Of a DNA stretch of 64,000 nucleotides, positions 39,740-49,556 are shown piece by piece. Where the stretch lies: the NCBI GenBank assembly GCA_903851305.1, contig CAINNX010000087.1, forward strand, positions 5,169 through 69,168. Reading direction: 5' to 3'. The notes beneath the pieces were generated by a model that saw nothing but the letters and a program-made list of their open reading frames with translations, was not told where the DNA came from and did no database searches. A program made the position numbers and the translations under genes. Each line of letters begins with the position of its first letter. Position 1 is the first letter of the stretch. Source of the stretch: an uncultured Hyphomicrobiales bacterium. GTDB lineage: Bacteria; Pseudomonadota; Alphaproteobacteria; Rhizobiales; Beijerinckiaceae.

Positions 39740-40261
39740 ATGACTGCCATTTCGGAATCCAAAGCTGCTGAACAGCGAGCTCATGAACCCTCTATGGAGG
39801 AGATTCTGGCCTCGATTCGCCGCATTATTTCCGAAGATCAGGCTACGCCGCTCACGCCCCGTGCTGCGCCTCCTGCGCGCGTTGCCGAACCGGTGCTTTC
39901 GGCGCCCCCGCCGGCACCGATCCGCCCCTTGCCCTCGACCCCCTTTTACGCGCCCCGCCAGCCCGAGCCTTTGCGCGCTGCTGCGCCCCCGCGCCTTGTC
40001 GAGACGCCTGCGCCATTGGCCCCCACTTATTATCATCTGGACGAGCCTTTGCTCTCGGATAAGGCCGATGCAGCTGTGGCATCCTCCTTCCAGACCCTGA
40101 ATACGACCCGTGCGGGCCTGCCCGGGGCCGAGGCTATGGATGCCATGGCCCGCGACCTGTTGCGCCCGATGCTCAAGCAATGGCTGGATGACAATCTGCC
40201 CCCCATCGTCGAGCGACTGGTCCGGGCCGAAATCGAGCGCGTGGCCCGCGGCCCGCGCTGA
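39740..40261 (+). CDS. popZ: Polar organising protein PopZ (DUF2497)
   Basis: EPSMEEILASIRRII N-terminal helix, Pro-rich linker, and C-terminal LRPMLKQWLDDNLPPIVERLVRAEIERV. Confidence 0.92.
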   Translation: MTAISESKAAEQRAHEPSMEEILASIRRIISEDQATPLTPRAAPPARVAEPVLSAPPPAPIRPLPSTPFYAPRQPEPLRAAAPPRLVETPAPLAPTYYHLDEPLLSDKADAAVASSFQTLNTTRAGLPGAEAMDAMARDLLRPMLKQWLDDNLPPIVERLVRAEIERVARGPR

Positions 40262-40362
40262 GACATCACTTTCATTGACAGTCTGATCGCGCTCGGCTTT
40301 TTAAGCCGCAATGCAGAGTCGTGCCCCGCGCGCGCCCAGTTCACAAAAGTTCGGATATTTCG

Positions 40363-43086
40363 ATGATGGAAAAGACCTTCGACCCCGCCAGCGTGGAAAC
40401 GCGCATTGCCAGCGCGTGGGAAGCCGCTGAGGCGTTCAAGGCTGGCCGTGCGGACCGCGCGGGCGCAGAGCCCTTTTCCATTGTCATCCCGCCGCCCAAT
40501 GTGACGGGCTCTCTGCATATGGGCCATGCGCTCAACAATACGCTGCAGGATATTCTGTGCCGCTTTGAACGCATGCGCGGCAAGGATGTGCTCTGGCAGC
40601 CGGGAACCGATCACGCGGGCATTGCCACGCAGATGGTGGTCGAGCGTCAGCTTGCTGAGCGTGGTGAGCCGGGTCGTCGCGACATGGGTCGCGAAAAGTT
40701 TCTGGAAAAAGTCTGGGCGTGGAAAGCGGAATCGGGCGGGGCGATTGTCAATCAGCTGAAGCGTCTGGGCGCATCGTGTGATTGGTCGCGCGAACGTTTC
40801 ACGATGGATGAAGGTCTGTCGCGCGCGGTTTTGAAAGTGTTTGTTGATCTGCACGCGCAGGGCCTCATCTACAAGGACAAGCGCCTAGTGAACTGGGATC
40901 CGAAATTGCTCACCGCCATTTCTGATCTCGAAGTGCAGCAGGTCGAGAGCAAGGGCCATTTGTGGCATTTCAACTATCCGCTCGAAGGCAAGATTTATAA
41001 CGCGGACGATTCCTCGACCTACATCACGGTGGCAACGACGCGCCCGGAAACGATGATCGGCGATACAGCCGTTGCCGTGCATCCGGAGAATGAGAAGCTT
41101 GGGCACCTGATCGGCAAGAATATCGTGCTGCCGCTCGTGGGACGCATCATCCCGATTGTGGGCGATACTTATGCCGACCCTGAAAAGGGGACAGGTGCGG
41201 TGAAGATTACGCCCGCCCATGACTTCAACGATTTTGAAGTCGGCAAGCGTCACAATCTGCCGATGATCAACATTCTCGATGCCGAAGGGCGTTTGCTGCT
41301 CGACGGCAATGAAGCCTTTTTGGCAGGCGTAACTGCATCCGATGATCTGGCGGCCGTGTTGGGCCTGCATCATGTGGATCGCGCGCCGGCCCGCAAGGCG
41401 ATTGTGGCTATGATGGAAGAGCGTGGCCTGTGCCCGCTGATTGAGCCGCATCTCAATCAGGTGCCGCATGGCGATCGCTCGGGCGTTGTCATTGAACCTT
41501 GGCTCACCGACCAATGGTATGTTGATGCGCACACACTCGCCCAGCCAGCGCTGAAGGCCGTGCGTGAAGGCAAGACGAGCTTCATCCCGAAGAATTGGGA
41601 AAAGACCTATTTTGAATGGCTCGAAAACATCCAGCCCTGGTGCATTTCGCGCCAGCTCTGGTGGGGTCATCAGATCCCTGCGTGGTATGCGCCCGATAGT
41701 GAAGTCTTTGTGGCTATGTCCGAAGACGAGGCCCATGCGCAGGCCGAAAAACATTTTGGTCGCAAGGTCGAACTAAAGCGCGACGAAGATGTGCTCGACA
41801 CATGGTTCTCGTCAGCGCTCTGGCCGTTCTCGACGCTCGGCTGGCCGGATGATGCTCCGGAAGTGAAGCGCTATTATCCGACCAGTGTTCTGGTCACCGG
41901 CTTTGACATCATCTTCTTCTGGGTTGCCCGCATGATGATGATGGGCATCCATTTCATGGATGAAATCCCCTTCAAGCATATTTACATCCATGCGCTCGTC
42001 CGTGACGAGAAGGGCGCGAAAATGTCGAAGTCGAAGGGCAATGTCATTGACCCGCTCGATCTCGTCGACACATACGGCGCCGATGCTTTGCGCTTCACGC
42101 TGGCGGCTATGGCCGCGCAAGGCCGCGACATCAAACTCGCAACATCACGCGTCGAAGGCTATCGGAATTTCGCCACCAAACTCTGGAACGCATCGCGCTT
42201 TGCCGAAATGAATGGCTGCGCGCGCGTTGAAGGCTTTGCGCCTGAGACTGTTTCACTCGATGTGAACCGTTGGATCTTGGGCGAAGCGCAAAAGGCGGTT
42301 GCAGACGTGAGCGGCGCGATTGAAGCCTATCGCTTCAATGATGCGGCCAATGGCGTCTATCGCTTTGTCTGGAACATTTTCTGCGACTGGTATGTCGAGC
42401 TGACCAAGCCGATTCTGCAGGGCGAGGATGGCGCGGGCAAAGACGAGACGCGTGCGACGACGGCTTATGTCATCGATGTCATCTTGAAAATGCTGCATCC
42501 CTTCATGCCCTTCCTCACGGAGGAGCTGTGGGCGATCAAGGGCGCGGAAGGCCCGGCGCGCACGTCACTGCTCATTCTGGCTGACTGGCCGGCCCTCAAG
42601 GGTCTCGAGCATGAGGGGGCTGAGGCTGAGATCGGCTGGATGGTCGATCTCATTTCCGAAATCCGCTCTGTGCGCTCCGAAATGAATGTGCCAGCCAGCG
42701 CGCAAATGCCGCTTGTGCTGGTGGGCGTCTCACCTGAGATGAAGGCGCGTGCCGAGCGGGGGCTGGATACGCTGAAGCGTCTGGCGCGTGTCTCGGAGCT
42801 GTCCTTTGCGGAGGTGGCACCTGCTAATTCGGCCCAGATGATCGTGCGCGGTGCGCTGGTCGCTCTGCCGCTTGAGGGCATTATCGATATTTCTGCCGAG
42901 AAGACGCGTCTGGTGAAGGAAATCGCCAAGCTTGAGGGCGAGGTGAAGAAGATCGACGCCAAGCTTGGCAATGCCGACTTTGTGGCCCGCGCCCCCGACG
43001 AGGTGGTCGAGGAAAATCGCGAACGTCGGGCCGATGCGGTGTCGCGGATCGACAAAATGTCGGAGGCCCTGAAGCGCCTGTCCTGA
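40363..43086 (+). CDS. valS: Valine--tRNA ligase
   Basis: PPPNVTGSLHMGH, WCISRQLWWGH and KMSKS motifs, with a C-terminal coiled coil. Confidence 0.98.
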   Translation: MMEKTFDPASVETRIASAWEAAEAFKAGRADRAGAEPFSIVIPPPNVTGSLHMGHALNNTLQDILCRFERMRGKDVLWQPGTDHAGIATQMVVERQLAERGEPGRRDMGREKFLEKVWAWKAESGGAIVNQLKRLGASCDWSRERFTMDEGLSRAVLKVFVDLHAQGLIYKDKRLVNWDPKLLTAISDLEVQQVESKGHLWHFNYPLEGKIYNADDSSTYITVATTRPETMIGDTAVAVHPENEKLGHLIGKNIVLPLVGRIIPIVGDTYADPEKGTGAVKITPAHDFNDFEVGKRHNLPMINILDAEGRLLLDGNEAFLAGVTASDDLAAVLGLHHVDRAPARKAIVAMMEERGLCPLIEPHLNQVPHGDRSGVVIEPWLTDQWYVDAHTLAQPALKAVREGKTSFIPKNWEKTYFEWLENIQPWCISRQLWWGHQIPAWYAPDSEVFVAMSEDEAHAQAEKHFGRKVELKRDEDVLDTWFSSALWPFSTLGWPDDAPEVKRYYPTSVLVTGFDIIFFWVARMMMMGIHFMDEIPFKHIYIHALVRDEKGAKMSKSKGNVIDPLDLVDTYGADALRFTLAAMAAQGRDIKLATSRVEGYRNFATKLWNASRFAEMNGCARVEGFAPETVSLDVNRWILGEAQKAVADVSGAIEAYRFNDAANGVYRFVWNIFCDWYVELTKPILQGEDGAGKDETRATTAYVIDVILKMLHPFMPFLTEELWAIKGAEGPARTSLLILADWPALKGLEHEGAEAEIGWMVDLISEIRSVRSEMNVPASAQMPLVLVGVSPEMKARAERGLDTLKRLARVSELSFAEVAPANSAQMIVRGALVALPLEGIIDISAEKTRLVKEIAKLEGEVKKIDAKLGNADFVARAPDEVVEENRERRADAVSRIDKMSEALKRLS

Positions 43087-43156
43087 GCGTTTGACGGCGG
43101 TAATCGTTGCAGTTGCGCCACAGGTCAGCAGGATGTTTTGAAGGAACCTGCGCATA

Positions 43157-43190
43157 CGGGGTTTATGCCGCGATTCAGCCATAAACCCCG
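43157..43190. terminator. Hairpin downstream of valS, possible terminator
   Basis: Perfect 11-bp stem CGGGGTTTATG/CATAAACCCCG with a 12-nt loop. No clear U tract. Confidence 0.4.
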
Positions 43191-43413
43191 CGCTATCTCA
43201 GGCGGCTAACGGTGCTTGTGCCGGTGGCGAGTCTGGGCAGTGCGGGGCAGATCGTGTATGGTCGTGAGTGGTCTTTCCAAAGGCGAGCGCAAATCCTGTT
43301 GCTGCTAGGTGACAGATTAACCCTCTTTGCATCGAACCACCCGCAAGCCGCTATTCCAGGCCAAGTGCCTCTTCCACCTCCGCAAACTAGCTGGCATGAA
43401 GATCACCTGACCT

Positions 43414-44256
43414 TTGGTAAGGCGTACGAGATTGTGGTCCATGCGGTCATTTGAGAAAATCATTCTCCTGAGCCTGTGCGTGAGCCTGTCCGGCCCCGCT
43501 TTTGCGCTTGATGGTTCCGAGAGCCCGGCCGGCGTTTCTCCACAAATGCCCACTTTCAAAAATTCCCTTCACGCATTGAATGAAGCCATTCTTGGTCTGC
43601 GCACTGGCGATGCTGCCTCTTCGGTCGAGGCGCTCAAATATGCAGCGGCCGGTGGACAGTCTTTGGCGCAACGGAAACTGGCGCGCATGTATGCGGCGGG
43701 CGAGGGCGTGCCCCATGATGACGCCAAGGCCTATGAATATTTTCTGCAGATCGTGACCAATTACGACGAGGACAATATTTCGCGTCGTGAGATCGGCATC
43801 ATTTCCAGCGCCTATGTGGCGGTGGGGATTTATGCGCTCAATGGTCTGCCGCAGATCAAGATGAAGGCGGATGTCTTCCGCGCCTATGAGCTGTTCCAGT
43901 TCGCGGCTTCGACCTTCGGTGATCCGAATGCGCAATATAATCTGGCGCGCATTTATCTCGACGGCGTGGGCATCAAGCGTGATCCGCGCCAAGCCGCAGG
44001 GTGGCTCGTTCTGGCGGCTGAAAAGAACCATATGGAAAGCCAGGCTTTGCTGGGCAATCTGCTGTTCACAGGCCAAGGCGTGCAGCGCCAGCGCTCCAAG
44101 GGTCTCATGTATCTGACGCTCGCGGTTGAGAGCGCAGGGGATGATCCCAAACATGCGTGGGTTGTGGACTTGCACGACAAGGCGCTGAAAGTGGCCAATG
44201 ATGGCGACCGTCAGGGCGCGGCCACGTTGCTCACAGATTACGTCGCGCGGCGCTGA
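43414..44256 (+). CDS. exoR: Sel1-repeat periplasmic protein, ExoR-like
   Basis: Signal peptide and Sel1 repeats (KLARMYAAGEGV, AASTFGDPNAQYNLARIYLDG) resembling rhizobial ExoR. Start could be 43441. Confidence 0.72.
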   Translation: MVRRTRLWSMRSFEKIILLSLCVSLSGPAFALDGSESPAGVSPQMPTFKNSLHALNEAILGLRTGDAASSVEALKYAAAGGQSLAQRKLARMYAAGEGVPHDDAKAYEYFLQIVTNYDEDNISRREIGIISSAYVAVGIYALNGLPQIKMKADVFRAYELFQFAASTFGDPNAQYNLARIYLDGVGIKRDPRQAAGWLVLAAEKNHMESQALLGNLLFTGQGVQRQRSKGLMYLTLAVESAGDDPKHAWVVDLHDKALKVANDGDRQGAATLLTDYVARR

Positions 44257-44257
44257 C

Positions 44258-45757
44258 TTAAGCCGCGCCTTTTCCGCTGGTCCGCATTTTCGGATGCACG
44301 GCCTTGGTCTCGATTTCGAGCTCGGGGATCGCAATGATGCGTGTGCCCTGAAAATCCGTGCGCAGTACGATCAGACCATTTTCTTCCATGTTGGACAGCA
44401 GGCGGCGCGCGCGCCCCGGTGAATGGCTGCCGAAAAATTGCGCGATCTCGGCATCATCGGGCGCTTGGCGTTCGGCAACAGCGGCGCGTGCAATCAGCAA
44501 GAAGGGCGCGCGCATGTCATCGGGCAAGCGATCAGACAGGTCGATGGATTTTGACCAGAGTTTGGGATCGACCTTTTCAGGTGCCGAGACTTCCGCGCGT
44601 TTCACATTGAGCATTTTGTGAAAGCCGCGCAGATCAGGCAGAGCCGCGCCCAATCGCTTGATGCGACAGCGGGTGAGAAAATCGCGATGCAAATCCGCCA
44701 CAGGTCGGAAGGCGATCTGCGCATCTTCCGCCATGCTGGCGATGATCTCATCCATGGCCTGTGTGCGTTGCGCATCGGTCAGATCAGGTGCTGGCGCTGC
44801 GATATAGGCGGGCGTGGGTGCGGCTTCAATGCGCGCCATCACAGTGTCGGTGCTGGCTGCTGATGCGCTTGCCTTGATGGACCGCTTGGGAGGCGGGGGC
44901 GCATCCATGGAAAAGATGAGGTCATGGGCTGGCGCTTCGGCCTTGGCACCGGGCAGGGGCAGAAGTTTTGGTGCACCGCCACGATCGGCTGTCTCGACAT
45001 CACCAATGGCAATGGTGAGGGGCCGGCGCGCAATGGCGGGACCTAGGCCGACAAAGGAACCGCGCTGCAAATCGCGGAACATTTCGGCTTGGCGCTTTTC
45101 CATGCCGAGCAGATCAGCAGCGCGCGCCATGTCAATGTCCAGAAATGTGCGGCCCATCAGAAAGTTCGAGGCTTCTGCGGCGACATTTTTGGCGAGTTTG
45201 GCGAGGCGCTGCGTGGCGATGACGCCAGCCAAGCCGCGTTTGCGGCCACGGCACATGAGATTGGTCATGGCGGCCAGTGACTGGCGGCGCGCGTCGTCAG
45301 ACGCGTCGGCAGAAGCCGCTGGCGCGAAGAGCTGCGCCTCATCCACAACGACCAGCATGGGGAACCAGTAATCGCGATCAACCTCGAACAGGCCGTTCAG
45401 AAACAGCGCGGCGCATTTCAATTGCGCGTCCACTTCGACACCCTCCAGATTGAGGATGACGGAGACGCGGTGCTGGCGTGCGCGTGTGGCAATGGCTGAG
45501 AGTTCGGCATCGGTCGATTGGGCAGCATCAACAACCACATGACCGAAGCGCTCAGCCAATGTGACGAAATCGCCTTCCGGGTCGATGACGACCTGCTGGA
45601 CGAGGCCGGCACTTTGTTCGAGCAGGCGGCGCAACAGATGCGATTTTCCTGAGCCCGAATTGCCCTGCACCAGCAGGCGGGTCGCCAGAAGTTCCTCCAG
45701 ATCAATCAGCCCCGGGCTTTGCGCGCCGGTCAGGCCAATGTCGATATGTGTGCTCAT
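44258..45757 (-). CDS. HerA/FtsK-like P-loop ATPase (DUF87/DUF853 type) with a probable C-terminal helix-turn-helix domain
   Basis: Walker A QGNSGSGKS, IDPEGDF, Walker B VVVDEAQ, and GRKRGL...ATQR. Confidence 0.8.
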   Translation of the reverse strand: MSTHIDIGLTGAQSPGLIDLEELLATRLLVQGNSGSGKSHLLRRLLEQSAGLVQQVVIDPEGDFVTLAERFGHVVVDAAQSTDAELSAIATRARQHRVSVILNLEGVEVDAQLKCAALFLNGLFEVDRDYWFPMLVVVDEAQLFAPAASADASDDARRQSLAAMTNLMCRGRKRGLAGVIATQRLAKLAKNVAAEASNFLMGRTFLDIDMARAADLLGMEKRQAEMFRDLQRGSFVGLGPAIARRPLTIAIGDVETADRGGAPKLLPLPGAKAEAPAHDLIFSMDAPPPPKRSIKASASAASTDTVMARIEAAPTPAYIAAPAPDLTDAQRTQAMDEIIASMAEDAQIAFRPVADLHRDFLTRCRIKRLGAALPDLRGFHKMLNVKRAEVSAPEKVDPKLWSKSIDLSDRLPDDMRAPFLLIARAAVAERQAPDDAEIAQFFGSHSPGRARRLLSNMEENGLIVLRTDFQGTRIIAIPELEIETKAVHPKMRTSGKGAA

Positions 45758-45883
45758 GGCACCGGGATTAGCATCTCTGCCGCCACGGAATCAGGCTTCT
45801 GCGGGCGGTATGCACAGGGGAAACGCATTGACACCTCAGGATCGCCCACCTAATCCGGCCCAATCCCGTGAGGAGCCTCCCAA

Positions 45884-46921
45884 ATGCGCGCTCTGGCGCC
45901 CTTGATCCTGCCCGTCGGGGCCTTTCTCGCCCTCGTTGGGCTGGGGCTGGCTTTGCCTGCTTTGGCGCAGGTGCTGGATCTGGCGCTGCCGTTTTTCGGG
46001 CTGATCCTTCTGGGCTTCTGTCTGGGCCGCCTCTTCGACATTGCCGAAGAGGGGCTCGCCTGGATGCATGCCTTTATCGTCTATGTCGCGCTGCCGGCGC
46101 TGTTATTCAATCTGATCGCCGTGACGCCGCTTGATGAGCTGGCGAATGTTAAATTCATCGCCATCACCACCCTGTCGACGACGATTGCTTTCTTTGTCGC
46201 GTTTGGCGCGGGGCTTGTGGCCGCGCGTGGTGATTGGGCGCAAGCCACCATCCAAGGTGTGGGCGGGGCTTATTCCAATGTTGGCTATATGGGGCCGGGG
46301 CTCACGCTTGCGGCCTTGGGCACGTCATCGGCGGTGCCCACTGCGCTGGTTTTTGTGTGTGACAGCATTTTCTTTTTCACCATCGTGCCCTTCATGATGG
46401 GGATCGCAGGTGCGCAGAAAATGCGGATAGGTGAGACGCTCTGGCTGATCGCCAAGCGTATCCTGACGCATCCGTTCAACATTGCGACCGCGCTTGGTAT
46501 TCTGGCGGCCACTGCGCATTGGCAGCCGCCGATGGCGATTGGCAAAATGCTGACCTATCTGGCGAATGCGTCTGCGCCCTGCGCACTTTTCACCATGGGT
46601 GTGACGGTGGCTTTGCGGCCCGTGAAACGCATTGCAGGCGAAATTCCGGTGATCTTGTCGATCAAACTGATCGCCCATCCTTTGCTGGTCTGGGCCTTGC
46701 TGTCGCTCACGGGTGATTATGGGGCGGTGTGGACATTCACCGCCGTTCTGATGGCAAGCCTGCCGCCGGCGCTCAATGTTTTTGTCATGGCGAGCCAATA
46801 CAAGGTTTATGTCGAGCGCGCGTCAGCCATCATTCTGGTCGGCACCATCGCATCAGTCGTGAGCGTCACGGGCCTGCTCTATCTCATCAAAGCGGGCGGG
46901 GTGCCCTACAAGCTGTTTTGA
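45884..46921 (+). CDS. AEC-family (auxin efflux carrier/malate permease-like) transporter
   Basis: LALPFFGLI, YVALPALLF, YSNVGYMG and ASLPPALNVF motifs. GAGGAG RBS. Confidence 0.88.
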   Translation: MRALAPLILPVGAFLALVGLGLALPALAQVLDLALPFFGLILLGFCLGRLFDIAEEGLAWMHAFIVYVALPALLFNLIAVTPLDELANVKFIAITTLSTTIAFFVAFGAGLVAARGDWAQATIQGVGGAYSNVGYMGPGLTLAALGTSSAVPTALVFVCDSIFFFTIVPFMMGIAGAQKMRIGETLWLIAKRILTHPFNIATALGILAATAHWQPPMAIGKMLTYLANASAPCALFTMGVTVALRPVKRIAGEIPVILSIKLIAHPLLVWALLSLTGDYGAVWTFTAVLMASLPPALNVFVMASQYKVYVERASAIILVGTIASVVSVTGLLYLIKAGGVPYKLF

Positions 46922-48120
46922 GCTTGCATGAGGCGCGGCACCGATCCGCGTGGCATGACGCCTTCGCGCATGACCATGCGCTTCAGTGGGCGAATGGCTG
47001 ACAGTGTCAGCAGGCCCGCGCCACGCATGAAATCGACCGGCAAGAAGGCGCTGAGCAAGGAGCGGTTGAGCATATCAACGCCCGCCACGCGCGAGCTGAT
47101 GTCAGAGCGGCGCGCCGCGTCATAGCGGGTGAGCGCATCGGGCGCGCCCGGATCTTCTGCCATCTCCAGACAATCAATGAGATGGGCAATGTCGCGCATG
47201 CCAAGGTTGAGGCCTTGCGCGCCAATGGGGGGAAAGCCATGCGCGGAATCGCCCACCAAGGCGACACGGTTTTGCGCGAATTTATCCGCCACCAAACCGC
47301 TCATGGGGAATGCGCCACGCGGGCCTTCAAGTTTCAACTTGCCCAGAAGATGATGGCTCTGGCGCGTCATCTCGGCAGCCAGTTTGTCATCATCCAGTGC
47401 CTGCCGACGGCGCGCCTCTGTGGGGTCCATCATCCACACGAGGCTTGAGCGGTGTGGCGTGCCATTACGCGCTGGCAAAGGCACCAGTGTGAACGGGCCT
47501 TGGCGTGTGTGGAATTCGGTCGAGACTTCGCGATGGGGCTGATCATGCGTCAGCAAAGCGGTGAGGGCCACTTGCGGATAGGACCAGTCGCGCGTGGCGA
47601 TACCCGCTGCCTTGCGCAAAATGGATTTGCGCCCTTCGGCTGCGATCAGCAATTTTGCAGACAGTGTGCGCCCGTCCTCCAGCGTCACATCTGCCGATGA
47701 CGCATGGACCTGCGCGCTGGAAACTTTCGCGTCGATCAAACTGATGCGCGGCTCGGCGCGCGCGGCATCCAGCAGATGCGAGACGAGCAGGCGGTTCTCG
47801 ATATTCTCGCCAAACACATCGAGGCTGATTTCCGAGGCACGGAATTCGACGGGCGGAGTGCGAAACAGCGAACCCGTGTCATCGACGATGCGCATGGTCT
47901 CAAGTGCTGCGAAATCGGGCCGCAAGCGTTCAATGACACCCAGATTGGCGAGCAGTTTGAGCGAGCCGTCAAACAGCGCAACGGTGCGCGCGGTGGGCGA
48001 CAGATCGGGCTGTCCGACGAGCGCCACCTTGCGCCCCGCCTGCGCGAGCGCAAGCGCGGTGGTCAGGCCGGCGGCGCCTGCGCCTACAATGATTGTGTCT
48101 GGTACGGCTGTCTCGTTCAT
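46906..48120 (-). CDS. UbiH/UbiF-family FAD-dependent hydroxylase (ubiquinone biosynthesis)
   Basis: IVGAGAAG, RTVAL, AAEGRKS and LVGDSAHGFPPIGAQGLNLG motifs. Confidence 0.88.
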   Translation of the reverse strand: MNETAVPDTIIVGAGAAGLTTALALAQAGRKVALVGQPDLSPTARTVALFDGSLKLLANLGVIERLRPDFAALETMRIVDDTGSLFRTPPVEFRASEISLDVFGENIENRLLVSHLLDAARAEPRISLIDAKVSSAQVHASSADVTLEDGRTLSAKLLIAAEGRKSILRKAAGIATRDWSYPQVALTALLTHDQPHREVSTEFHTRQGPFTLVPLPARNGTPHRSSLVWMMDPTEARRRQALDDDKLAAEMTRQSHHLLGKLKLEGPRGAFPMSGLVADKFAQNRVALVGDSAHGFPPIGAQGLNLGMRDIAHLIDCLEMAEDPGAPDALTRYDAARRSDISSRVAGVDMLNRSLLSAFLPVDFMRGAGLLTLSAIRPLKRMVMREGVMPRGSVPRLMQAQNSL

Positions 48121-48159
48121 GCTCAGCTATCTAAGGCGCGCGATGGGCTTTGGCGAGGC

Positions 48160-49434
48160 TCAATGGGCTTTCAAATGCCCGGTTCTTTGCAGGATGAGAC
48201 CAAGAACCGCACCCGCTGCAATGCCTGCGATCAGATCGACAAAGACCACCAGCAGGAAGGTCAGCGCAACGACGCTGGCTGCCGCCCGGTCATATTTGAA
48301 GATGCGAGCGATGGTCTGTTTCTCGATCATGTTCCAGGCGACCAGCGCCAGCACGCAGGCCAGGGCGGCCAGCGGCACATAGGCGGCCAGCGGGGCGGCC
48401 AGAACCATGAAGAGCAGCAGGAAGAGAGCATGCAGCATGCCCGAGACCGGGCCATGGGCATGGGCGCGGATGTTGGTGGCCGTGCGGGCAATGGTGCCGG
48501 TGGCGCAGATGGCGCCAAACAGAGCGCAGGCGATGTTGGCATAGCCTTGCGCGACCAGCTCGCAATTGGAGCGGTGCTGGCGGCCCGACATGCCATCGGC
48601 GACCACGGCTGAGAGGAGCGATTCCATGCCGCCCAGAAAAGCCAGCGCGAGGGCTGTTGGAAGGAGTTCGGTCAGGCGCGCAAGATCAAAGGCGGGCAGG
48701 GATGGGGATGGCAGGGCATTGGGGATGCCGCCGAATTTGGTGCCGACGGTCTCAACCGGCAGACCAAAAGCCCAGACCGCGAGCCCCGAGAGAACAACGC
48801 CGATCAACAGGCCGGGAAAGCTCGGCGCGATTTTGCGCAGCCAGAGCATCAGGGCGAGGCAGGCCGCCGACAGGCCAATGGTCACCGGATTGGCGCTGGA
48901 GCGCGCCTCCCACAGGGCCGCGATCCGCGCGATGACCTCAGAGGGGTCGACTTTGAGCGTCAGGCCAAAGAGGTCGCGCAGCTCATTGGAAAAAATAATG
49001 ACCGCAATGGCGGCCGTAAATCCGGTGAGCACTGGATGGGGAATGTGGCGGATCAGCGTGCCCAGCCGCAAATAGCCCAAGGTGAGCAGGAAAAAGCCCG
49101 CCATCAGGGTGGCCAGCAGAAAGCCGTCATAGCCGAAGCGGGCAATCGTGGTGGCAATCAGCCCGATGAAGGCCGCCGCTGGTCCACCGATCTGAAACCG
49201 GCTGCCGCCCAGGAGCGAAATCACAAAGCCCCCGACAATGGCCGAAAACAGCCCGTGCTCCGGCTTGGCGCCTGAGCCAATGGCAATGGCCATGGACAGC
49301 GGCAGGGCGACAATGGCGACGGTGAGGCCCGCCAAGGCGTCGGCTTTGAGCTCTTTGGCCCCATAGCCTTCGCGTAACACGGTGACGAGTTTGGGCGTGA
49401 AGGCCCCAATGGTCTTTGTTCTTGTGGTCATCAT
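48160..49434 (-). CDS. SulP-family anion permease lacking the C-terminal STAS domain
   Basis: DALAGLTVAIVALPLSMA, SRFQIGGPAA, ESLLSAVVAD and IARTATN motifs. The ORF stops about 10 aa after the last TM helix. Confidence 0.85.
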   Translation of the reverse strand: MMTTRTKTIGAFTPKLVTVLREGYGAKELKADALAGLTVAIVALPLSMAIAIGSGAKPEHGLFSAIVGGFVISLLGGSRFQIGGPAAAFIGLIATTIARFGYDGFLLATLMAGFFLLTLGYLRLGTLIRHIPHPVLTGFTAAIAVIIFSNELRDLFGLTLKVDPSEVIARIAALWEARSSANPVTIGLSAACLALMLWLRKIAPSFPGLLIGVVLSGLAVWAFGLPVETVGTKFGGIPNALPSPSLPAFDLARLTELLPTALALAFLGGMESLLSAVVADGMSGRQHRSNCELVAQGYANIACALFGAICATGTIARTATNIRAHAHGPVSGMLHALFLLLFMVLAAPLAAYVPLAALACVLALVAWNMIEKQTIARIFKYDRAAASVVALTFLLVVFVDLIAGIAAGAVLGLILQRTGHLKAH

Positions 49435-49556
49435 CCGTGTGGGGTTCGACTCAAAGGGTCAGTCATCATAAGCATTCACAGACGTTCTGGAACCGTCTGT
49501 TGCACCGCCTTGGGCGGAGCAGCATGATGCGGCTCCCCGAGATTCTGGAGTTTCTG

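Noticed and set aside
39840-40030. Pro-rich repetitive segment; similar Ala/Pro runs occur in pdhB and pdhC
   Set aside because: These are the known disordered linkers of PopZ and the PDH subunits.
43447-44334. Long antisense or alternative-frame ORFs (also 40033-40854, 40885-41754, 47704-48612, 59456-60319, 4530-5315)
   Set aside because: They overlap well-supported genes and have no motifs. Such shadow ORFs are expected in GC-rich coding DNA.
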